Assembly: GCA_031581485.1 (NCBI GenBank)
Contig: JAVLBA010000004.1
Location: 3,741-67,740, forward strand
Direction: 5' to 3'
Length of the DNA stretch: 64,000 nt
Origin: Desulfurivibrionaceae bacterium
GTDB taxonomy: Bacteria; Desulfobacterota; Desulfobulbia; Desulfobulbales; SURF-16
In this document: one piece after another, positions 9,910 to 16,883 of the stretch
Layout of the letters: every line of letters starts with the position of its first letter
Numbering within the stretch: the first letter of the stretch is position 1
Notes under the pieces: model-generated
The model's input: only the letters and a program-made list of their open reading frames with translations
Database searches by the model: none
What the model was told of the DNA's origin: nothing
Program-made: the position numbers and the translations under genes

Positions 9910-9938
9910 ACCATATGACTCATTACGTCATTCGTCAA
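9910..9938 (-). promoter_or_regulatory. Candidate sigma-70 promoter of higBA with an embedded palindrome
   Basis: On the minus strand: TTGACG, 17 nt, TATGGT. Only 6 nt separate the -10 box from the higB ATG, so the mRNA could be leaderless. The spacer contains ATGAC-N7-GTCAT. Confidence 0.4.
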
Positions 9939-10030
9939 TCTGATTTTGAATTTGAGAGCCGAACGCCCGCTTAACACGCGGGCTTCGGAGCGTGAGCGGA
10001 GAAGACCGTCGGGTTGAAGCTGAAATTACG

Positions 10031-10116
10031 GGGGGCAATAGGGACGTCCATAAAATCATAAAAATCTGCCTCTCGCTCGAGAAACGTATAATCTTATGGA
10101 TATCCCCATCTTCCAC
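10031..10116. repeat. 86-bp palindromic MITE-like repeat, copy 1
   Basis: 76 of 87 aligned positions match copy 2 (12924..13010). It has inverted arms GGACGTCCATAA[A/G]ATCATAA / TTATAATCTTATGGA. Confidence 0.8.
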
Positions 10117-10203
10117 CCGGCCTGTCGATAAATTTTTGCTTTTCGGTCTGGCCGGGCTCCATCTCTCCTTGGCACTTTGTAAAGATCGGCATATTATAAG
10201 GAC

Positions 10204-11904
10204 ATGACTTTATCTTATCGCTGTTGTGTCCTCTTTATGCTGTTGGCTGTTGCCCTTGCCGCTTTCCCCGCTGCGGTGCCTGGCGCCGCGCCGGTGGCCG
10301 AGCCCGACAAGGTGCAGGATGCCCTTGGCCGGCTGATTGCCACGGAGCTGGCGGACGAGCACTCTGTCTGCCGGGGCCGGAGCATCTGTGCCGCCTCAAC
10401 CCTGCCGGTTTTCTATGAGCGACGCGGCTTTGCCCCGGCCTGGAGCAGGGACGGCACCTTGCAGGAGCATGTCACTGATTTTGTCGTTGCCCTGGCCGCC
10501 ATGGAGAGCCAAGGCCTGCGTCCGGCCGATTATCATCTCTACACCATCAGGATGCTTCTGGTGAAGTATGAGCAGGTACGGGCCAAGGGCACGAGCCTTG
10601 CTCTCCAGGATCTGGTTGACCTTGACCTGCTGCTCACCGATGCCTTTTTCCTGTATGGCTCGCACCTGCTGGCCGGCCGAATCAACCCGGAGACCATTGA
10701 TGAGCGGTGGAGTGCCGGCGAATACGGCACGGATCTGGCTGCCATTCTGGAGGAGGCCCTTGTTGCCCCGGCCGGGGTGACAGGCGCCCTGCCGGGCCTG
10801 CGGCCTCCCCATACCGCCTACCGGCGCTTGATGGAGGCCTTGGCCGCCATGCGCACTCTTGTCGACCAGGGTGGCTGGCCGGTTGTCGGCGACGGGACCT
10901 ACCTGCACAAAGGTATCCGGCATCGCCGGGTCTATGCCCTGCGGCAGCGTCTGATGATCTCCGGTGATTATGAGGAGCGGGACGCACGCCCTGGAAATTT
11001 TTTTGATGACAAGCTCAATGGAGCTCTCCGCCGCTTTCAGGCCCGACACGGCCTGATTGTGGATGGTATTATCGGCCCCAAGACCCTGGCCGCCCTCAAT
11101 GTCCCGGCGGAAAGCCGTCTGCGCCAGATAAAGGCGAATCTGGAGCGCTGGCGTTGGGCGCCCCGTGATCTGGGCAGACGCTATATCCTGGTCAATATCG
11201 CTGATTTTACCCTCAGGCTTGTTGAGGATGGCCGGCAGGTTCTACAATCGCGCGTGGTAGTGGGATCACCGCACCGCAGTACGCCTGTGTTCAGCGATCA
11301 GGTCGAATATCTGGTTTTTAACCCCTACTGGCACCTGCCGGAAAGCATTATTGTCGAGGATGTGGCGCCCAAGGTTATCGCCGATCCCGATTATCTGGCC
11401 CGGAAGGGTATAAAGGTCTTTGCCAAGGGCAGCGCCGAGGAGCAGCAAGTAAGCCCGGCTGCCATAGAGTGGCAGGCGCTCAGACCGGGCAATGTCCCTT
11501 ACAGGCTGCGCCAGGAGCCGGGGCCGGCCAATGCCCTGGGCAGGGTCAAGGTCCTCTTTCCCAATAAGTTCTCCATTTACCTGCACGACACACCGCGCCA
11601 GGAGCTCTTTCAGAAAAACGCCCGGGGCTTCAGCTCGGGCTGTATCCGGGTGGAGGATGTTGTCGGGCTGGCATCCTACCTCTTGCAGGATGATCCCCGC
11701 TGGAACCGGCAGCGGGTCATGGCTGCCATGGAGGACGGCAGGCGGCAGTACGTGGCCCTGGCGGAGCAGGTGCCCATCCACATCCTTTACCAAACAGCCT
11801 GGGCGGACGGGGACGGTACCCTGCATTTCCGGGGGGATATCTACGGCAGGGATGAAAGACTGGCCGCTGCCTTGGATGGCCGGGCGGTCCTGCCGGCCCG
11901 TTGA
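10204..11904 (+). CDS. L,D-transpeptidase, YcbB/LdtD family
   Basis: 566 aa. It has a signal peptide, a peptidoglycan-binding repeat (LRRFQARHGLIVDGIIGPKTLAAL) and a YkuD catalytic motif (HDTP...SSGCIRV). Confidence 0.9.
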   Translation: MTLSYRCCVLFMLLAVALAAFPAAVPGAAPVAEPDKVQDALGRLIATELADEHSVCRGRSICAASTLPVFYERRGFAPAWSRDGTLQEHVTDFVVALAAMESQGLRPADYHLYTIRMLLVKYEQVRAKGTSLALQDLVDLDLLLTDAFFLYGSHLLAGRINPETIDERWSAGEYGTDLAAILEEALVAPAGVTGALPGLRPPHTAYRRLMEALAAMRTLVDQGGWPVVGDGTYLHKGIRHRRVYALRQRLMISGDYEERDARPGNFFDDKLNGALRRFQARHGLIVDGIIGPKTLAALNVPAESRLRQIKANLERWRWAPRDLGRRYILVNIADFTLRLVEDGRQVLQSRVVVGSPHRSTPVFSDQVEYLVFNPYWHLPESIIVEDVAPKVIADPDYLARKGIKVFAKGSAEEQQVSPAAIEWQALRPGNVPYRLRQEPGPANALGRVKVLFPNKFSIYLHDTPRQELFQKNARGFSSGCIRVEDVVGLASYLLQDDPRWNRQRVMAAMEDGRRQYVALAEQVPIHILYQTAWADGDGTLHFRGDIYGRDERLAAALDGRAVLPAR

Positions 11905-11965
11905 AAAACTACGGCCTCAACTTTTCTCGTTTGTTTATATGGTCGAATGGTGAGGAGAGAGGCGG

Positions 11966-12056
11966 GAGGTGTGAGGCGTCAGGGGAATCAAAAAAACCGC
12001 TGAGTGAGAGCTTTTTTACGCCTCACTCCTAACACCTCACTCCTAACGCCTCACCC
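11966..12056. terminator. Hairpin between convergent genes, with 14-nt-period subrepeats
   Basis: GGAGGTGTGAGGCGT pairs with ACGCCTCACTCC. The right arm carries CCTCACTCCTAAC twice, then GCCTCACCC. Confidence 0.6.
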
Positions 12057-12076
12057 TTCACGGCCCCGGCAAAGAA

Positions 12077-12682
12077 TTACCAGAAGCGGACGCGGCCGGT
12101 GTCGATATGGACGAAGTTTGACTCTTGGTAATAGCCCACACCACCGGCAGCCATTGCCCGGGCCACCTTGTGAAGGGCGGTAAGGTCGCAACCCGGAATG
12201 CGCAGGTCCATAGCCATGCCGTCCATGTGCAGGCTGCGGCTGGCAACGCCGTTACTTGCCCGGGCCAGGGAACGGTTGGTCTGCGGCGAACGATAGCCGG
12301 AGATGATGTGGACCGGCGCGCCGCTCTTTACCTTGGTGGTGATGGTATGCACCAAATCCAGCAGGTGGATATCAATGGGTTTGACCTCGCCGGTGCGAAA
12401 ATCCCGCAGGATATGGTTGATCGCCTGCAGGGCCTCCCTTGAGTAGCGGCCGTCACTGTAATACTCTGTCGACAGGGTTTCCCCGGTGTGGGTGTTGAAG
12501 AGGTTAAGCTGCCGGCTGGGCTCGAGGAGCCGACCGGCCTTGACGGCCAGGGGATGATGCAGCAGTGCGCCCACCGTGGCCACGGCGCCCAGTTTGAGCA
12601 GGCGCCGCCGCCCAACGAGGCGACTGTGCCGGATATCTGCCGCCTGCGCGCCGGAGTGGGCCTTTCTTTGATCAAAAAACAT
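12077..12682 (-). CDS. DUF882 / peptidase M15A family protein (YcbK/MepK-like) with a Tat-type signal
   Basis: 201 aa. It has an RRRLLKLG twin-arginine leader plus SGYRSPQTN, HMDGMAMD and VHID metal-ligand motifs. Confidence 0.85.
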   Translation of the reverse strand: MFFDQRKAHSGAQAADIRHSRLVGRRRLLKLGAVATVGALLHHPLAVKAGRLLEPSRQLNLFNTHTGETLSTEYYSDGRYSREALQAINHILRDFRTGEVKPIDIHLLDLVHTITTKVKSGAPVHIISGYRSPQTNRSLARASNGVASRSLHMDGMAMDLRIPGCDLTALHKVARAMAAGGVGYYQESNFVHIDTGRVRFW

Positions 12683-12724
12683 GCGGGTACACCACCTGAA
12701 GTATTCTTGTCTGGTAAAAATGGT

Positions 12725-12923
12725 TCATCCACAGAATCTGTGGGTTGCTGGCCGTTCTGGCAGATTGCCAAGCGCATGATATAGCGCCATTTTTACAAGC
12801 TCAAAGCTCTTAAAACCATAAGCTTTTTCTGTAGTCACTTTTGCTTTGTTGCTGAGGCCATCCACCGCATCCAGGGCTATCAGTTCTTTCGCGAGAAACC
12901 AATTGAGCAAGCAAAAGCCTTCT
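12725..12923 (-). pseudogene. C-terminal relic of a transposase (ISL3-like by my recollection)
   Basis: LLNWFLAKELIALDAVDGLSNKAKVTTEKAYGFKSFELVKMALYHALGNLPERPATHRFCG followed by a stop. No upstream transposase sequence remains. The relic abuts repeat copy 2. Confidence 0.6.
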
Positions 12924-13010
12924 GGGGGCAATCTGGACGTCCATAAGATCATAAAAATCCGCCTCTGGCTCGTGAAACTTATAATCTTATGGACGTCCCC
13001 ATTTTTCCAC
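12924..13010. repeat. 86-bp palindromic MITE-like repeat, copy 2
   Basis: A 20-bp inverted repeat, GGACGTCCATAAGATCATAA / TTATAATCTTATGGACGTCC, with 1 mismatch around a 24-nt centre. Confidence 0.8.
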
Positions 13011-13041
13011 AGAACTCCCGAGCATCCGGCGCATGTCATTA

Positions 13042-13503
13042 TTAAGTTTCTAATTTCTCCACCCTTATCCCGACCTCGTTGTATCTGGCCCAAGGATCAC
13101 TACCATTCCAATGTGCAGGCATTTTTGACCTCAAGCCAGCATCGTTCAACAGTGCGTCCTCATCTTTTGTGACCACAACACCTATGCAAAAACGCTCCAG
13201 ATATTCATGAATTTCATCGGGTGTGTTTTCGATCTCATTTATGATGGAGCTAATCAAAACCCTTTTCGGAACAATATGTTCGTGAACCAATTCCCTGTTC
13301 GGAAGACCTGACGTTAGAGCCTTGCTGGACCAATACTTACAGCCTTTGTGCTTGCCATCAAATTCAGACCAAACCCAAGTGATTTCGGAAACAACGGCAA
13401 ACTTTGTTCCGTAACTCAGGTCTGTGCTAAGAATCTGAGCTAAATCATTACATATGGCCTCTTTCGCCCTGAAACGTGGATTTTTCTCTGAAATTTTCGC
13501 CAT
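13042..13503 (-). CDS. Orphan hypothetical protein (AT-rich gene)
   Basis: 153-aa ORF with no family I recognise. The short motif ELVHEHIVPKRV is reminiscent of His-Me/HNH-type EH..P motifs. Confidence 0.55.
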   Translation of the reverse strand: MAKISEKNPRFRAKEAICNDLAQILSTDLSYGTKFAVVSEITWVWSEFDGKHKGCKYWSSKALTSGLPNRELVHEHIVPKRVLISSIINEIENTPDEIHEYLERFCIGVVVTKDEDALLNDAGLRSKMPAHWNGSDPWARYNEVGIRVEKLET

Positions 13504-13670
13504 AGAAACTTAACGAGTAATTATAGGGATCTGTGTATCACCCTGCACAATCCGAGTGGATGATATGGTTGGTTTGCTCCACCAACAGGTGAAACAGGGC
13601 GTTTATGCGGTGTGCCTATCAGGCTTGTTCCGCAAAGCTGCTGAGTAAAGAATATTTTGAAAGAGGCTCG

Positions 13671-13709
13671 TCCGCAGAATTTGCGGGTTACAGCTCTTGG
13701 AAGAGGAGC
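13671..13709 (-). pseudogene. Second, very short relic of the same transposase C-terminus
   Basis: The minus strand reads APLPRAVTRKFCG. At DNA level AACCCGCAAATTCTGCGGACGA matches AACCCACAGATTCTGTGGATGA at 12725 in 18 of 22 positions. Confidence 0.35.
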
Positions 13710-13785
13710 AGTTTTTTACCCAGGCCACGCGTCTCCCACCCTCTTCAGGAGAGAGACAAGTGGCCTGATCTGGACGGCAAAGCCC

Positions 13786-14964
13786 TTACAACTTCACCAG
13801 ATTGTCGCGGTGGATGACCTCGTCATCCCCTTGGTAGCCGAGGATTTCAGGGATCTGGGAACTGTGATGGCCGCAGATCTTCTCCACCTCTGCCTTGGGG
13901 TAATTAATCAGACCGGCTGCCACCGCCCTACCCTCCCTGTTCAGGCAATGGACGGGGTCACCGGCCGCAAAATCGCCGCGCACCTCCACAATACCTGAGG
14001 GCAGAAGACTGGAGCCCTGGCGGGCCAGGGCCCGGCAGGCGCCGTCATCCAGGACGAGGTAGCCCTTGGGACGCAGCACATAGGCGATCCAGTGTTTGCG
14101 GGAATGGAGCTTCTCTTTCTCCGCCTGGGGCAGGAAAAAGGTGCCCACCAGCTCGCCCTTGAAGAGGGACTGAATCACCCCTGGGCGGCGGCCGGGGCCG
14201 ATAAAGGAGTAGCCGCCCCCGGCAGCCACCATCTGGGCCGCCCGGATCTTGCTGTGCATGCCGCCGGTGCCCAGCATGGAGCCGGAATTGCCGGCCATAT
14301 TAATCACTTTGTCGGTGATGGCGGCCACGGTATGGACCGGGGTGGCCGCAGGGTCGGTGGTGGGATTGGCGGTGTAGAGACTGTCCACATCGGTGAGACA
14401 GATAAAGATATCCGCATCAATGAGATTGGTGACCAGGGCCGCCAGGGTATCGTTATCCCCGAACTGCAGTTCCTCGGCACTCACCGTGTCGTTCTCATTG
14501 ATAATGGGCAGGACCCCCCACTCAAAGAGGGTGGCCATGGTATTTTTGATATTGAGATAGCGGCCGCGATGGGCCAGATCTGAATGGGTGAGAAGCACCT
14601 GGGCCACCCGGAGGTTGCGCCTGGCAAAGAGGGAGTCATAATAATGCATGAGTCCGCACTGGCCCACAGCAGCGGTGGCCTGTTTCTCCTTCAGAGACAA
14701 GACCGGCTGGATAATGCAGAGCTTGCGGCGTCCCACGGCCACGGCCCCGGAGCTGACCAGGATGACCTCCCGGCCGCTCTCCCGCAAAAAGGCAAGCTCA
14801 TCGGCCAGATTCTCCATGGTCTCGGTATGGAGACCCGCGTCCCCGGTCAAAACGGCGCTGCCCACCTTCACCACCACCCGCTTGATACCCTTGAGATGGG
14901 CCAGGCGCAGTTTCCTTCCTTCTTCCGCGGTGATACGCTCAGGCATGCCCTTCATCACCCTCAA
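13786..14964 (-). CDS. proB: Glutamate 5-kinase with a PUA domain
   Basis: 392 aa (VVKVGSAVLT, VSSGAVAVG, C-terminal PUA). The start may be an internal Met, because the 5' end overlaps the obg stop. Confidence 0.95.
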   Translation of the reverse strand: MRVMKGMPERITAEEGRKLRLAHLKGIKRVVVKVGSAVLTGDAGLHTETMENLADELAFLRESGREVILVSSGAVAVGRRKLCIIQPVLSLKEKQATAAVGQCGLMHYYDSLFARRNLRVAQVLLTHSDLAHRGRYLNIKNTMATLFEWGVLPIINENDTVSAEELQFGDNDTLAALVTNLIDADIFICLTDVDSLYTANPTTDPAATPVHTVAAITDKVINMAGNSGSMLGTGGMHSKIRAAQMVAAGGGYSFIGPGRRPGVIQSLFKGELVGTFFLPQAEKEKLHSRKHWIAYVLRPKGYLVLDDGACRALARQGSSLLPSGIVEVRGDFAAGDPVHCLNREGRAVAAGLINYPKAEVEKICGHHSSQIPEILGYQGDDEVIHRDNLVKL

Positions 14965-15949
14965 AGAGAATTTCCGCCAGCCACTCCTTCAAGGCATCAA
15001 GACCTGCCCCTGTTTCCGCGGAGATAACCAGATGCGGGATTTGGGCCTCCTGGAAACGGGCCGTCACCTGCGCTACCTCTTCCGGGCTCATCAGATCTGT
15101 CTTGTTGAGCAGGACCAGCCGTTTTCTGTCGATTAATTCGGCGTTGAACTGGGCAAGCTCATTCTCCAGGACCTGGTACTGGTGCCAGGGATCAGCCTCC
15201 ATACCCGTGGCATCAATGACATGGAGAAGAATCCGGGTCCGTTCAACATGACGCAGGAATTTATGGCCCAGGCCGGCACCGGCATGGGCCCCTTCGATAA
15301 GACCGGGGATATCGGCGAGGATACACGATTCGCCATATTCGAAATTAACCACCCCGAGCTGAGGGTCGAGGGTGGTAAAGGGATAGGGGGCCACTTTGGG
15401 GTTGGCTGCGGAGAGACGGGAAAGCAGGGTCGACTTGCCAGCATTGGGCAGACCGATGAGGCCGACGTCGGCAATGAGCTTCAGCTCAATACGGAGCCAG
15501 CGCTCTTCGCCGGGCATGCCTTTATCTGCTATGCGGGGCGCCCGGTTGGTGGATGAGGCAAAATGGACATTGCCGCGGCCGCCCAGGCCGCCGCGGGCCG
15601 CCAGATAGCGCTGACCAGGCTCCACAAGATCAACAATGACCTCGCCGGTCTCGGCATCCTTGACCAGGGAACCCAGGGGGACCTCAATAACGCAGTCCTT
15701 GCCCCGCTGGCCGTGCATTTTTTTGCCCTTGCCATGGGCACCGCTTTTGGCGATGAAATGGGAACGATACTTGAAATCTATGAGAGATTGCAGACGAGGG
15801 GATGCCTCGATATAGACAGAGCCCCCGCGGCCGCCGTCTCCGCCGTCAGGGCCGCCCCGGGGGACAAACTTCTCCCGCCGGAAACTGACACAGCCCCGAC
15901 CGCCGTCACCGGCCTTGACAAAGAACTTTGCTTCATCAATAAATGACAT
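14939..15949 (-). CDS. obgE: GTPase Obg/CgtA
   Basis: 336 aa with a Gly-rich Obg fold (GGDGGRGGSV) and G motifs GLPNAGKST, DIPGLIEGA and NKTD. Confidence 0.95.
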   Translation of the reverse strand: MSFIDEAKFFVKAGDGGRGCVSFRREKFVPRGGPDGGDGGRGGSVYIEASPRLQSLIDFKYRSHFIAKSGAHGKGKKMHGQRGKDCVIEVPLGSLVKDAETGEVIVDLVEPGQRYLAARGGLGGRGNVHFASSTNRAPRIADKGMPGEERWLRIELKLIADVGLIGLPNAGKSTLLSRLSAANPKVAPYPFTTLDPQLGVVNFEYGESCILADIPGLIEGAHAGAGLGHKFLRHVERTRILLHVIDATGMEADPWHQYQVLENELAQFNAELIDRKRLVLLNKTDLMSPEEVAQVTARFQEAQIPHLVISAETGAGLDALKEWLAEILFEGDEGHA

Positions 15950-16044
15950 GGTGAGACGCCTTCATAAAAGAACGGGCCACAAGGAGCCCGTTAGAAAAAA
16001 AGTAGACAGCAGGCAAGACGCCCTCTGACCACGTATAAGAAAAT

Positions 16045-16305
16045 CTATTCGGCTGCCGGATAAACACAAACCCTTTTCCGGTTGCGACCGAAATTTTCAA
16101 AGGTAACCACGCCGTCAACCAAGGCAAACAGAGTGAAATCACGACCCAGACCGACATTCTGGCCGGGATGGATCTTGGTGCCTAACTGACGGACCAGAAT
16201 ATTACCAGCCCGGACAATCTGACCGCCAAAACGCTTGACGCCGCGGCGCTGAGAATTACTGTCCCGTCCGTTCCTGGAACTACCGCCTGCTTTCTTATGA
16301 GCCAT
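16045..16305 (-). CDS. rpmA: 50S ribosomal protein L27
   Basis: I take the start at [16 protein letters not shown] (16305). The 8 upstream codons in the track ORF are probably not translated. Confidence 0.95.
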   Translation of the reverse strand: MAHKKAGGSSRNGRDSNSQRRGVKRFGGQIVRAGNILVRQLGTKIHPGQNVGLGRDFTLFALVDGVVTFENFGRNRKRVCVYPAAE

Positions 16306-16360
16306 TGTTTCTTCCTCTATATGGTTCAAACCGGCTTTTTACCAGGCCGGCAATACTTGT

Positions 16361-16672
16361 TTACGCAGAGATACCCTGAATTTCAAGGGCGGTGAAAAAT
16401 TGACGGTGGCCCTGCTTCAAGGAGTAGCCCTTCCGACGCTTTTTCTTAAAGACAATGACCTTTTTGCCTTTATCCTGCTCAACGATCTTGGCCGTTACCT
16501 TGGCGCCCTCAAGAACAGGCTGGCCAATTTGCACCGCCTCTCCATCAGCAACCAGCAGAACCTCATTGAGTTCCACGGTATCACCAACCTCACCCATCAG
16601 TTTTTCAACCCGCAGACGATCTCCCTCTGCAACCTGATACTGTTTACCACCGGTACGAATAATTGCGTACAT
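16361..16672 (-). CDS. rplU: 50S ribosomal protein L21
   Basis: I take the start at [14 protein letters not shown] (16672), preceded by GGAGGAAGGGC. Confidence 0.95.
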   Translation of the reverse strand: MYAIIRTGGKQYQVAEGDRLRVEKLMGEVGDTVELNEVLLVADGEAVQIGQPVLEGAKVTAKIVEQDKGKKVIVFKKKRRKGYSLKQGHRQFFTALEIQGISA

Positions 16673-16804
16673 GCCCTTCCTCCAAAACGAAAACGCTTCC
16701 CCTGGGAAGCAGCCCGTGACCCACAGGGAGCCACGTTTCATTATTCTGATTAAAATCCCGCACCCCTCTTAACAGAGAGAAATTCCCGGATACGGAAACA
16801 GTGA

Positions 16805-16832
16805 TAGATACCACATTTCTTTTTTTTGTCAA
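16805..16832 (-). promoter_or_regulatory. Candidate sigma-70 promoter of rplU-rpmA
   Basis: Minus strand: TTGACA, 16 nt, TATCTA. This would give a leader of about 125 nt. Confidence 0.4.
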
Positions 16833-16836
16833 CACC

Positions 16837-16872
16837 GAAAAGAGGGCGCCCCGCTATCGCCAGCCTCTTTTT
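16837..16872 (-). terminator. Putative intrinsic terminator after the RNase G-like gene
   Basis: AAAAGAGG/CCTCTTTT outer stem with a GCG/CGC inner stem. UUUUCGG follows on the minus-sense RNA. Confidence 0.5.
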
Positions 16873-16883
16873 TTCGCCCCGCA

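Noticed and set aside
12725-13093. A 122-aa minus-strand ORF
   Set aside because: It is a read-through of the orphan-gene 3' flank, the 86-bp repeat and the transposase relic. Only the last ~60 aa have transposase similarity.
16321-16360. GGTTCAAACC-like string and small hairpin between rplU and rpmA, which looked briefly tRNA-like
   Set aside because: No acceptor, D or anticodon arms can be built. It is a 31-nt intercistronic spacer.
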